Below, in pieces: positions 48,014-61,445 of a stretch of 64,000 nucleotides of DNA. The notes under the pieces are model-generated. The model saw nothing but the letters and a program-made list of their open reading frames with translations. It was not told the DNA's origin and ran no database searches. The position numbers were made by a program, and so were the translations under genes. The DNA comes from Callorhinchus milii. Its lineage: Eukaryota. Position 1 is the first letter of the stretch, and each line of letters begins with the position of its first letter. The stretch spans positions 55,616,001 to 55,680,000 of the forward strand of contig NW_024704742.1 in the NCBI RefSeq assembly GCF_018977255.1. Reading direction: 5' to 3'.

Positions 48014-48375
48014 AGGAGTCCTGTAGCTCAGGGGTTAGAGCATTCGCCTCGCAAGCGGGAGACCTGGGTTCTATTCCTGGCAGGGCAAAATGTTGGGCAA
48101 GTTTCCTTACTCCACACGCCTCTGTTTACCCAGCAGTAAGTAGGAACCTGGGTTTTAGTCGATTGGCAGATCGCTTTTCCGGGGATAATAATTCCTCAAA
48201 ATAATAATAATGATAATTTGGTCAATCTATCCACGACTATTTGTGGGACGCTGCTGTGCGCAATTGGCTGCCGCATTTCGCCCATAAATATACAGTCAAT
48301 TCACTTTACAGTATATTCTGTGAAGTGCTTTGAGACATCTAGAAGACATGAAAGGCGCTATATCAAATGCAAAGA
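48014..48375 (+). mobile_element. tRNA-Ala SINE, long form
   Basis: ggagtcctgtagctcaggggttagagc; cctcgcaag loop; internal ctctgtttacccagcagtaagtaggaac; tail. Confidence 0.92.
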
Positions 48376-49114
48376 CAAATGCTTTCCACAATTTGAACAA
48401 AACATGTCTGATATATTGCAATGCTGAATGATTGTTTAATAGTAATAAATTAAAAAGTTAGTATATCTCCCTGTGTCAATTAAGAATCCTTTAAGGTCTG
48501 CAGACAAACTACTAAAAAAACAAGTTTCTTCAGTAAACTATAAAACATTGATATTACCATATATAACTATGTTTCATTCAGACATGAGTATAAATTGTGC
48601 TCAATTAGAGATTGGGTAAGATAACTGTGCTTCGATATCTGTTATTAACCTTTTTTAATTTGGGGATTAGTTTACCTCACAAATCTTGCATTTATTGTAT
48701 GTTAACAAGTCAGAAAATCTGCCGGACTTTATGAATAATTTTGTGGCACACCTGACTAAAGCTGCTTGCTTGATAATGAACTTAATTGCTTCCCTTCAGT
48801 CATCTATTCCTAATTGGGCAAATGTGTTGGATGTGGCCAAGTAACCCTTTTTTAGGAGCTGTAAAAGGGAGTTTAATGATAAACAATGATCATTTTATCA
48901 TAAAATGATAAAATAATCATTGATATATAACTTTTCCCATTGGAAAGATGTCTCAAAGCACAGAATTTTTAATGAAAAGTGTAATGACTGTGTATTTTGT
49001 AAGTGAATGAAGCAACCAATTTTTTTACAGCATGGGATATATTCAGCAAGTGACGAAAAGAATTCTGCAGGAAGTGGTCCTAACAATGGGAGTTGGTATA
49101 GTTTGATAGGTGTG

Positions 49115-49450
49115 TCAACCTGGTTCAATTGGAACTCATAAAGTCTGGGATGATAATGAGTGCTGGGGCTCTGCTACATTGTCTGAAGTGCCTATTTAGA
49201 AGGATGCTAAAGAACCCATAGCACTATTCGAAGATGGAAGAGCGTTTCTCCCAGTGCCCTGGTCAACAATCCCTCAAATAAAATTGGTCATTCTCTTCAT
49301 GGCTGTTTATAGGTCATTGCTATGTGCAAATTGGCAGCCACATTCGTCCACAAAATACAGCCATAATACTTTGTAGTATATCCTGTGAAGCACTTCGAGA
49401 TGCTCTTCCAATGTGCAAATGTATGTCAAAATATAAAGATTATTGTTATT
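49115..49450 (+). mobile_element. Deu-domain SINE, degraded
   Basis: aagaacccatagcactattcgaag...gctatgtgcaaattggcagcc...gattattgttatt. Confidence 0.7.
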
Positions 49451-49917
49451 ATGTTTAGGAAGTAAGGATATTAAGATATATGGAGAAAAGCCAGAACATG
49501 GGATTAAAGGATCTGCCGTGATCTGATGTAATGATAGAGGATGATTGGTCTAAATGGCCTATGTAATTTTCCTATGTTCCTATGCAATTACTGTGAAAAA
49601 ATTGTCCACTCTCAACTACAGGTTGAACTTTCTCTCCCTAATGGCTAGGATTTTCAACTCTTGTAATTCCTCAGTCTATACCCCTCCCCTCTTGATTCTG
49701 CTATAAATATCAGATTTCATTTGCATTCATTTCTATCATCCAGAGGAGTGAGCCAGTGAGCGAATCTCAGCAATAGTACCCTTAGAAGGGAAGGAACAAA
49801 AAGGTGAAAAGAGATAACAATAGAGAAGGATAACATAAATGAAAGAGAAAAGAACAGAAGAGAAGGGAAGAGAGAAAAAGAGAAGAGACACAGAATAGGT
49901 AAAAGCGAGATGATGAT

Positions 49918-50685
49918 AAATAATCCTTGCATTTGGTATAGGGCCTTTCACGTTTGGAGGATGTCCCAAAGCGCTTCACAGGATTTATTGTGAAGTGAAG
50001 TAACTGTGTATTTGTGGGCGAACGTGGCAGCCAATTTGCGCACAGCAATGTCTTGCAAACAGCCATGAAATTGTTGGCCAAGGCACTAGGAGAAACTCCC
50101 TTCTCTTTTTGAATAGCGTCATGGGATCTTTAACATGAACAGGCAGATGGGACCTTGGTTTAACATCTCCTCCGAAATACGGTATCTCCAACAATGCAAC
50201 ACCCTCCCAGTACAGAATTAGAGTATCAGCCTAGACAATAATAATAATAATAATAATAATCCTTGCATTTGATATAGCGCTTTTCACATCGGGAGGACGT
50301 CCCAAAGCGCTTCACAGAACACACTGTAAAGTGAATTGACTGTATATTTGTGGGCGAACGCGGTAGCCAATTGCGCACAGCAATGTCCCACAAACAGTCG
50401 TAGATTGAAAATGACCAATTTATTATTGTTTTTTTTTTTGGAGGGATTATTATTAGGCGTGTGCAGTAAGGAAACTTACCCAAGGTTTTGCCCTGCCTGG
50501 AATTGAACTCAGGTCTGTCGCTTGCAAAGCGAGTGCTCTAACCACTGGGCTACAGGACTCCACAACGTGATTTAACCAACAACAAATTACATTTATAAAG
50601 TGCCTTCCATCTGAGGAGGTCCTGACGTGGGGCTTGAACCCATAACCGTCTGACTCAGAGGTGAGAGTGCTACCACTGAATTATG
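49918..50685 (-). mobile_element. Deu-domain SINE split by a young SINE and an L2 tail (50576-50622)
   Basis: Tail and core at 49918-50235; head gtggggcttgaaccc...gagagtgctaccactga at 50625-50685. Confidence 0.85.
50238..50564 (-). mobile_element. Young tRNA-Ala SINE
   Basis: Reverse near-identical copy of the 1652 element. Confidence 0.95.
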
Positions 50686-51199
50686 CCACAATTGACTGCA
50701 ATTACAAAATGGGAGAAAGGAAGGAAAAGAAGAGACATGGTATGGTGGAAGAGTAGTGGAAGAGAAAGAAAAACACGTAGCAATGAGAACGTTGGAAAGA
50801 ACAGAAGGGAAATTCAAAGGTCTGTTGGCCAAGTTTGATCGTTGAGGATGTGATTCTTTCGGGGGTCTTCCTCTATTGTTCATTAGCTGTCACCACCATC
50901 TGTGCTAAAACTTGTCAGTAATTACATTTCTCAGTCTTTCAGTCACAGCTGTCATTGGAAAGACTGAAACAATTCATTGGTTTGTGCATCAGCACTTTCA
51001 CAAATGTTGCTGTTAACATTTTGTACTTTCTCTTTGCTTGCTCTTGTAATTCGATAACATAAATTTGGATACATTTATAGCATCCTGTTGTTTGATTTAG
51101 TTAACAAGAATTTTACTTTGCACACACGTCATTATAAAATATTTTCGCTGATCCCTGGAACATTTCACTGCTGTCTCGGAAGCTGTAGAAAAACAATTT

Positions 51200-51510
51200 C
51201 TGTTAATGGGGAATTCAGAACAAGGGGGCATAATCTTAACTTTAGAGCTAAGCCATTTAGGAGTGAAATTAGGATGCAGATTTTCACCCAAAGAGTAGTG
51301 GAAATCTGGAACTCTTCCCCAAAAGGCTGTGGATACGATCCATTCAAATTTTCAAGACCAAGATGGATAGATATTTGTAAGGTCAGAGTATCAAGGGATA
51401 TGGAGCAAGGGCAGATAATTTGAATTGTGGTACAGATCAGCCATAATCTTACAGAAAGGCGGAACAGGCTTGAGCAGCTGAATGACTGACTCCTGTACCT
51501 ATGTTCTTAT
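51200..51510 (+). mobile_element. CR1 LINE 3' end
   Basis: RTRGHNL...FTQRVVEIWNS (CR1 ORF2 C-terminus); 3' UTR ending ctcctgtacctatgttc. Confidence 0.88.
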
Positions 51511-52783
51511 TATTTAGTTGTTTAATTGGTACCAGATTGTGGGATTTCCCTGCAATTGGCTCTTTTTCCTTTTCTCCATTTATGTTTGATTTTGCTCCAA
51601 ACTTCCCTCTTTGCTCAGTGTTTGTGGCTTATTTTGTCCCATTAAACCATAGAGGTAATAGTTTCAGGCACCTTCACTCCCACTTTAGTGGCCAGTAATC
51701 AGTTTTCTAGCTTGTCCCACCATATCGCCAGCTGCTTAATTTTATCCACGCTAATTCCTGCCCAGTAGTTACAATAATAATTGGATTTGGTATAATACCT
51801 ACAATGTCTCAAGAGTTGTGTTTTTTGAATGTCTTATTCCTTCCTGTCGGATATTTTGCATTTCTAAAAAAAAGTTTTGTATTCAATTGTGTTTTTTTTC
51901 AACTGCATTCAGTTTCACTTGTTATTATCAATGAAAATTCTGTATGCAGTACAAATCTCCTCAGGAAAAACAAACGTAAAAAATATTTAGGTTACAAGAA
52001 GAAAGTGACTGTGTGTAATGTTAGATTAGAATCCTGAAGTTTACGTTTCATGGCTTTAGGTTCAAGAAACAGGGAAAAGAACCCTTTTTCCCCTTCACAG
52101 AGGGTTTACCCTTGGTGATTCATTTCACTAAGGAGATTAAATGAATTGGAATTCATGACAGTGTAAATTGTATTCAGTGTGTTGACAGGAGCAGAATCAA
52201 TAAATTGAAGAGATTTTTCACATTCTAGGGTGAAATTTATGGCATTTCATAGTATGTTCCTTCTGATAATAATCACAAGACATACTTTATGAAACACCAC
52301 ACATTTCACCCCTCCATAACCTTCTTAAGGGTGAGGATATTCAGAGCACCTTCCACCACCTAATGACAAGTCTCTTCGGGCCCTTCCAGCATCTCAACCA
52401 AATGTTAGCTGTTTAGCTGAAGTAGTATTGCAGGAAGAGGCTACATACAACAACAGCTTGCATTTATATAGCACCCTTCATGCTGGACGGTGTCTCTGAG
52501 CGCTTGGAACTTCTGCTTCTTTGCTTCTTCACAACAAATGGAACATAGTTTACAGATTCATGGAAATGACACAGGAATACCTCCAAGGAGACTAATTCCA
52601 AACATCTACAAGAGAGTGAAAAGTCAATACAATACACATTTACATTTACATGGCATCTTTCATATAAGGAAGACGGGCCAAGGCACTTAACAGTCTTGGC
52701 CTGGCACCCTACTGGGGATGGGAGCCTAGGGGGTGGGGAGGAAAAAGATGACCAAAGTCACATTAAAAGAATTAGGTCTTGAA

Positions 52784-53103
52784 TCATAGCATCATAGAAT
52801 CATACAGCACAGAAGAAGGCCATTCGGCACATCGTGTCTGTGCTGGCTCTTTGAAAAGAGCTATCCAATTCAATCCCACTCCCCCACGCTCTCCCCATAG
52901 CCCTGCAAACTTGTCCTCCCCAAATAATTATCCACTTCTCTCTTGAAAGTAGTTATCAAATCGGCTTCTACCGCCCTTACAGCAATGCATTCCAGACCCA
53001 ACAACTTGCTGTGTAAAAAAATTTCTCTTCACCTCCCCTCTGTTTTATTTTAACAACCGTTTTAAATCGGTGTCCTCGGGTTACCGACCCACCCGCCAGT
53101 GGT
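52784..53103 (-). mobile_element. CR1 LINE 3' end
   Basis: catagcatcatagaatcatacagcacagaagaaggccattcgg is the reverse of (ATTCTATG)n-type CR1 terminal repeats plus 3' UTR. Confidence 0.88.
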
Positions 53104-56100
53104 GAGTTGGACCCTGAAAGAGGGATTGGTTATTCACCTACAAATAATAATAATAATAATCCTAGCATTTGGTATAGTGCCGTATCACATCATTGTGTCG
53201 TCTCAAAGCTCTTCACAGAATATTTGGAGGCAAAACGGCAAAAATACACAGTTACTCTCCTTGATACTAATTCTTGTGATGTGTTTTGAGATATGATGTG
53301 ATAAGGCACTAAAAGCAGGGATTATTATAACCATCATTATTAAAAGAGCTAATTTTTTTTGGACAGGTTTGTTCGAATGGAAATGCTTTTTCAGAAACAA
53401 CTGTTGAGGGCAAGTCTGTAACAGTAAAAAGGGAAATGGATAAATGCTTGATGATGAATAATTACAAAGATATGGTAAAAGAACAAGGGAATCAGATTAT
53501 CATAGATAATTGCAATGCGCTAACACCAGCACAGACATTGGTTTCCTACTGTGCTGCAAAGAAGCAGAAGTTCCAAACATTATATTACAAAATCCTTGTA
53601 TATTCTTAAGATGAGTAATGATTTTCAGTTCTAAATTTCTCAGAAGTTTTGTAGGTACAATTGTTCTTAAATAAAATAAATTCATGCATAATTTGGCAAC
53701 TTCAACATCAAATAAAGGAATGCTATGTGATTTATTACATGTAAAAATTATACTCTTAAAGCTGCTCACATTTTGCAAAATCTTGCTTATGTGACAGCTG
53801 CCAACTCCGTCAAATGAGGCAGCAACTGGGAGAGGCTGGGAATGTTGTTATTAATGACTAAACTGCCTACCATCAGATGCCAAGTGTTAACAAGGGAACA
53901 CATTATATTCCTAATCTGTTTGCACATGATGATCTGAAATATTATAACTCTCACTATTGCTTACAATGCCTGCATGTGAAGGGACTTGACTTTGTGGTTC
54001 CTGAGGTCAGGTAGGAATGCAGAGCATAGTCAACTACAGATCAAACCATTTGTTCAGTTGAAGGTTTTGCTGGGTATTTTTCCCCTGCAGGATATGGCTT
54101 GCTGGTATTTGTTGAAAATTACCTTTCATTAAGCAGGCGTGGAACATGTTGGCTGCAATTTAATGCTAACTTAAGTGTGATTAAGTAAGTTTATGTATTT
54201 AAAACAATCTGCTATAGGGAAACACATCTAGACAATAGGCTGAAATTAAGTTCATATCAATGGATACATCTTTACATCCTGCAATAACTGGCGGATTTAA
54301 AAAATATATTTTGTGGTCTATTGAATATTTTTTAGATTAATCTTTATAATGTCTTTTGCACTTTAAAAATCAATGTCTTTTCTATAAAAGACGTGCATTC
54401 AGTACATTTCAAACCGAGCTTTAAGTTATTTTGGATTTTAAGAACGCAAGTAAATCTTTGTAATAAATTTGACAAGCTGTGCTCACATAACAAATAGAGT
54501 GTAAAACGTTGCTCAACAACATCTGTTGAAATGAATTTAAATTTGAAAGCATTCAAACCTTTTTGTGTCATGTGAAGTGTCTGGGCAGGTTCTGCAAGGT
54601 ATCTTCAATATATGGCTATGGATGTAAATGCAATGATTTTGTGTGGTGAAAGGAGCTATATTTTGCATTACAATATACAGTCATTTGGAGTTGTCATTTC
54701 TGAAAGCTGTCAGTATGTGAAAAAAGAACAGTGCAAAAACAGCCAGAGACAGGGAGGTAGCATCTTACTCTCTGGCAATTTGCTCTCTGGCCTTTTTCTG
54801 CAGTTTGCTGGCTTTTATGGTTTCCCTTTAACCGTCACTTGGAAACTAGTAGACCTGGATTTAAAAAAAATACTGCATTTAGACATTACTTATTGGTACA
54901 TTTAAACTAAAATAAAATAATGGCCATACATTCACAAAATGATTCACTGAAATAATATGTATTAATAATCCTTGCATTTGATGTAGCGTCTTTCACTTTG
55001 GGAGGACCTCTTAAAGCGCTTCAAAGGATTTACTGTGAAGTGTAGTGACTGTGTATTTTGTAGGCAATATACTTAATGAAATAACTATTCACAAAAAGTA
55101 AGATGGGAAGCATAGTATTGGTATAAGGACACTGTTTGGGACAGTAATGAAGGCGAGTGGAATCTTGGGGTATCCAGCTGCAGAGATAGAGCATAAACCA
55201 TGGGAAATGATAATGATCTTGCCTTGGCCATAAGTCTGACCCCACTTGGAATACTACCCACAGTTTTCGCCACTGTATTACAGAGAACATGCAGCAAAGG
55301 CCAACTAGATTGATAGCTGAAATGAGGCACCTCAAATGTAGTTATTCTGACATGTTCAGGGTGGGGTTATCAGAGATGGAATGTGCTGTGATAATTATTA
55401 CATGTAATATTTAATACATTAAGAACATCAGAGATCACTTTTTTTCATCCTTTTATCTTTCTAAACATGTACGTACGATAATAAGCATGCTGTAGAACAT
55501 TGGAAGAAGAAAGTAGAGATCAGGAAAGATTGAAATAATTATTGCAATTTAACTGGCTGAACAGTGATACTCATGATACATATTTGACAGTAAACATGTA
55601 TTGGCTGCCCATCTTTCACTCACCTTGCCCATTTATAGGAGCTGGTTCTTTACATATCTCTGGGTCTGCAATCTACCTAGAGAGTGAGCGGCTCTCTTGG
55701 TTGAAGTATTCGTGAGCGATCCTGGATTGAGCAAATAGATTCCTTAGCTTGTTTCTAGCAAACAGATGTGTGTGTACCGAATGCTCACAACATTCTTGGA
55801 GTTAACTGAAAATTCCTCAAAGGAGGATTTGTTTTTTCTGCTTTCTATTTAATTGACCCCAGAATTTCACATCCACTGTACAGAAATTTCAAACATAATG
55901 TGAACGCTGTTAAGGTTCGTCTGATTCTAGTGAATTTTCCTCCAAGGCTCCGAGGTCCATTAATTGTGATTCTTTGTCCACTAAATGGTGGCACTGGCAA
56001 GGTTGGTACGAAGAGCTGAGAAGCAACACCCACTGCTGAGAAATGTACTTCTGACCATCAGTTGACATTTACCAGAAACACTTATTTTCTTTTGATCTCA

Positions 56101-57289
56101 GTGCACAGCTGGCGTTCTATTATTTCTCCTCTTATAATGTGGCTCTTACTCCAATACAGTATTATTATAAACCTTTTTCATCCAACCATTTCATCCAGTG
56201 GAACTGTGATTAGTCAATATTTGATTAAAGGGGAAATCTCTTGCTATTACTTCAGAGGTTATAGGGGCCCCCTGCAAAAATTCATACCAGATTTGAAACC
56301 ATCTCTTTAGAAAAGCAATTGCCAGCATACAGTTTTCATTATTTTCTTCCTGGTTTTATAAAGCTGCCATTTACAGAATTATAATTTCTTCAGTATCCTT
56401 CCACATGAAAGGCAATACCCACCACTGCACTGTGAGCAACCATATGAACTGAGCCCGATCCCTTGGTCCCCAAAAGATCTCATGCATCACATGTTGTGGC
56501 TGAATTTGAAAATATTTTCTGAGTGATACAGTGCCAATGTGGTCAACTTGTACCGAAACGCATCACTGCACTTCAATCATAGTCATGGATGTGTTGCAGA
56601 GCATGTTAAATTCTTACATACTTTGGCATTTAATGCCAATGAAGGTAAAATGCCCACAAACAGGACATTACTAAGATTGCAAGGAGCAGCAGTTAGTCAA
56701 AAGCCAAGTGATGTTGAACATGGGTTTTAAATATTTGTGGTTTGGAGAGGAAGAGGAGACTGAGTGTGATAGGAAGTTACACAGATTTAAACTTCTCAGA
56801 AAGAATGAAATTGAGTCGAAGCTGCTGCATTGAATTTTGGGTTCAAAGCAAAGCAGAGGAAAAATGTGTGAAACAGTATTTGCAGCTTGTTTCTTGTCAT
56901 GTTGATCAATGAGGATTTTTGGAGTGGGATAGGCTTGATTTCGCTCCAGTCCTCCCACAGCAGACATTCCAAACACACTCACTGACCTTCTTTCTGACAG
57001 AGTCCATTTTGAATTTATTACTTTGAGCAAATGTTGTGGGAGAAGAAGCATGTGGTTGTGTGAAGCTAAGGTATAAAAAAAATCAAAAAACATTGAAAGG
57101 GTTAAAGAGCTCACATTTGATACAAGATGTGGCCTGGATTGTTAGCAGCACAGAATACTGAGCAAAGTGAATGACAAAATAGCAGTGCTATTCACTATAT
57201 TGGTCCAAATTCCCTGTAGAAATGCATACCGAAGGATCAAAGAAACTCATGAATTCTAGTTGTAGAAGGGACAACTGGATAGGATTTTA

Positions 57290-57478
57290 ATAATAATCTT
57301 TCACATGGGGAAGATATTTCAAAGTGGTTCATAGTATCTACTGTAAAGTGTAGTGACTGTACATTTTCTAGACGAATGTGACAGCCATTAATGACCCAGC
57401 AAAATCCAACAAACCAAGAATAAGATGAATGGCCAACTTACCTGGAGGATTGTTGGCCAGGACATTGACAGGAACTCT
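57290..57478 (-). mobile_element. Deu-domain SINE 3' fragment
   Basis: actgtaaagtgtagtgactgtacatttt...gattgttggccaggac. Confidence 0.65.
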
Positions 57479-59619
57479 TAAGTTATCCTTTATAGCAAGA
57501 GGCCAGGATAATGAAGAATAATAGTGAATAATTAGAAAGATCTGGGTTAATCAGAAAGAGTCAACCTAAATTCCACAAAATTTGGATGAAGGAGGCTGTT
57601 TGGCCCATCCAATTTCTTCCTTCCAGAATAAACACCCTACCATCGCTCTCCACCCCTGCCCCCCACCACCCCCATTATAGCATCAAACTGCTTTTAAATG
57701 AAAAAAAAGATGCTTTTTGTGAAGGGCTGATCTATTTGGACACATTTGTGAAGAAATTACCAAGAAAATTAAAGGGAATGAAGCGTGTGTAAGGTAGATG
57801 GTATGATAAGAGTTTTGTTCTGAAGATTAAAGCTATGATTTTAAAATGGAAGTGGAGGTTGGCTGAAGAACAGAAAGCATAGAGCAGGAATAACACAGAT
57901 TGGATCCTTTCACTACTGGTTAGAGGGATAACTGCTTTGCCTTTAGTATTTTGTCTTGCAAAAAGTCCGCTTACCGTCTGTCAAAAGCTGCGCTCAGTAA
58001 ACTGGAAGAGTAATGTGTGAACCAGGTTCATGAACATCTGCATTGAGAACTGTGTGGGAGGAGGAGGCAGGGAAGGGCTGTCTCGAGCACATCGCCAGGT
58101 AATTCTTATTCAACACCTCAGCAGTGTCTAAATCTAAATTGCATGTCTAAATTTATTACACTTAAAAGGGAATTAGATGAACATTGAACATTTGAAGAGA
58201 GAATATATAAAAAGGATATAGTAAAGAGCAGGGATTGAAGGAGATAGCTCTTCTGGGGGCGTTAAGATTTAACAGGCAAAATGGGCTGAATAGTCTGTCT
58301 GTGCAGCAGTTTATAAGATTCTAAATATTATTAAATGATGCCATTCCTGACAACTGGGAACACAGAAACTGGAATAGCAGCAAATTGCCTGAAGAAAGTA
58401 ATAGAATTTATAACCTTAACTTTCCGCACACTTGGGTATTTCTTACAGGCATCTGAAAAAGCGACGCTAAGAGATCGTGACATAGGCTCTTATTTCTATT
58501 TCTGGAACATCAGTCTTTGAAAGAAGAAACTGCTTAGGAAGGGATGAGGGGAATTATTTTAACTTTTTTTTAACATGTTGTCTTTGCTTTGGAACAAGAT
58601 CTGAAAGACAGCCTCAGATAAAGTTCTTTTGCACTGCACAAGCTTATTGGAAAACACACACACACCACACAAACAAACAGAATCAAGCAAGCACACACAC
58701 ACACACACAGACAGAACATGTTCAGGACCACTGCACACAGTTTGTGGCCCAGCATGTCCTCTTTAAAGCTTCTCATTGCGAGTTGTTAAACAAGCAGTGG
58801 AAGCAGACACAGTAAAAGCAGGGGGGCGCTGGCACTAAGTTTCTGTTTGCAGCTGTGCCTGGTACAAAAAAATTATTTTCACTTGTGCCCCAAGGGGGGA
58901 AGGAAAAATCAAACCCAGTATGGCTCACAGTACACTCTTTGTTATAGGTACTGTTCTGCTTTGGTGGAATGTTTCATCTTAACCAAAAAATGTTCAGCAT
59001 GTGCAGGACCTGCAGTGGTACAATCTGCTTTGTATGCTAATGGTTTGATTCAAATGAACAAGTGGGTCCTTTTTGAATAGAAAATGTTCGCCAGCACTCT
59101 TAGCGGTAACAAAAACAGCATGCTGGTGCCGTATGGATAGCTTTTTCATTGGTGGTTATCATAAATGCATTTACAAGTTTGAACGTTTTGGCTTAGATAA
59201 AGGGCTGAGCAATATGATATAGATGAAGTTTTTTGATATTTGATCATTAATGAATAGGTGACTTAGCAACCGGCAGATTGGGTTTCTCCTTGTAAGGCTG
59301 ATGTTGCTCTGGTGGTTTCTTGAGACTTGGCAGTTTCATCGGGTGATTAAAATGTTTGTGTCAATATCACTAAAACCCAAAGAAATATTTAACATTTGAT
59401 ATGCTGCTTTTTCTTTTTCAATGACTGCTTTCAATGTTTTCATCGCACTTGCATTTTGTAATGTGCCCAAGTTATACAAATTCATTTTCATTGCGCTTAT
59501 TAGATACTGCCTTTTACAAGGTAATGTGTCAGCACCTAGTTAGCTTGTTAATGCCTCTTTAATTGATCACAAAGGTAAAACTCTTGTACAGCTCCAAAGG
59601 CACATAAGAAAGAGTGCCA

Positions 59620-60788
59620 TTTTTATCCATTTGCAACCAGGGCTCCCTCTGCCTCTTTGTTCTCCTTGACCTCTGATGCTTTCGATACCGTTGACCACTC
59701 GCTCCTCCTCCACTGCCTCTCCTCTCAGAAGGAGGCCATTCGGCCCATCGTGTCTGTGCCGGCTCTTCGAAAAGAGCTATCCAAATCAATCCCACTCCCC
59801 TATTCTCTCCCATTAGTCCTGCAAACTTGTCCCCTCCCCAAATAATCATCTGCATGTATGCGGATGACACCCAACTGTACCTCTCTGCTTCCACCCTTGA
59901 CTCCAGGACCACTGCTGTCCTGACAGAATGTCTGTCAGACATCAAGTCCTGGATGAGAGCTAACTTTCTTCAGTTGAACGTCAACAAGACCGAGGCTCTC
60001 CTGATTGGCTCCCGTCAGCGCCTCCTCACCTCAGGCCCTGACAGTATCACCATCCATGGTTGCACACTCCATCTTGCTAAGCCAGTCCGGAACCTTGACG
60101 TCTTGTTTGACCCTCAACTATCTTTTTACCCCACATCTGTGCCATGATCCACTCTGCCTTCTCCACCTCTGCAACATCGCCCGGCTCTGCCACTGTCTCA
60201 CACTGCAGGCCGCCGAGACCCTCACAAATGCTTTAATTCCATTGAGGCTTCACTATACAAACTCCCTGCCTGTTGGCCTCCCCAACTCCTCTCTCCATAG
60301 GCTGCAGATCATCCAGAACTCTGCAGCCCGTGTTCTCTCCTTCACAAGGCTCCGTGCCCTATCAACCCCATCCTTGCCCAACTCTTCCCATCACACAGAG
60401 GATACAGTTCAAAATCCTGGTCCTCACCTTCAAAGCCCTCCATGGCCTTGTTCCCTAATGCTCTGCCAACTTGCCCGCTCTGCGGACTCCGGGCTGCTTC
60501 ATGCCCCCCCGCCTCGCCCAACCCACCATTGGCAGGCGGCCCTTTCGCCATTCTACCCCCCCCCCCCCTCTGGAACTCCATCCTGTAGTCCTTTCATCTC
60601 GACCCCTCCCTTGCCTCCTTCAAGACCCATTGCAACACCTTTCTCTTCGACCGTGCCTTTGATCACACTCCTTCCCCCATGCCCTCCACCCCCCCTACCC
60701 AAATCCCCAATGATTGTCCAGTGCCTTGGGACTTCCTCCCGATGTGAATAGCCTCTGTACAAATGTAATTTTATTGTTGTTGTTGTTA
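59620..60788 (+). mobile_element. L2 LINE 3' fragment with an embedded CR1 piece (59727-59850, minus)
   Basis: AFDTVDHSLLLH, MYADDTQLY, NFLQLNVNKTEALL, IQNSAARVL, (ttg)n tail; the insert matches 52810-52930. Confidence 0.93.
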
Positions 60789-60964
60789 TTGCTTAAGTTC
60801 AAGTCAACCTTGAATTTAACAAAGAGGAATGTTTCTGAAATCTCATAACCTCAGAAATAAATTATACAGAGCAGTTTGTTGTGCCTGGGAGCATGAGTAT
60901 AGATGTCTTAGTGTATTTTTCCTATAAAGGAAGAAGAGATGAGGATGCCTTGGGAATACAGAAT

Positions 60965-61445
60965 GTAGGAGACATGCAACTCATGTTAGGTACTACCTGA
61001 GGCAGGAGATCTATCTGTGCATACCAGACAACTAATGCCTGAGATTCACTCGGGATTCTTTGACAGAAGACCCCCTCTGGTTTAGGAATATCAACAGGGG
61101 AGAACCCAATACTGACTGTGTCTGCATGACCATAGGCTGTGAAGACCATTGTTGTTAATTCAATCATCTGCTGTCTCGTTGTGTCCCTCACACTCCAGAG
61201 GTAAGAGACAGTTTCCTGCTGATTCATGTTAAAGACATTTCAATGTGTATAGGTCAAACTCTTTTTAAGCTGCTCCTGCCTCACCAAACCTGATGGATTG
61301 GCCCCTGATTTCCCCTCTGCACTTGCAAGGGGCACCCCCTTGCCCCCTCCTCACCAGTGGCTTCAATTATTACAACACTGGGGACTTCTCGATATCCACA
61401 GGGGTCATCTCGAGAGTCATCTCATATACCACTGCATTAAGGAGC
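60965..61445 (+). mobile_element. Degraded Harbinger/HARBI1-like transposase N-terminal remnant
   Basis: Manual translation: YYLRQEIYLCIPDN*CLRFTRDSLTE, AVKTIVVN, TSGFNYYNTGDFSISTGVISRVISYTTAL; these resemble HARBI1-family motifs recalled from memory. Confidence 0.5.

Noticed and set aside
58815..58832. CTCF site (agcaggggggcgctgg)
   Set aside because: One G too many for the core spacing and it lacks the 5' CC; cannot be supported without a PWM or ChIP data.
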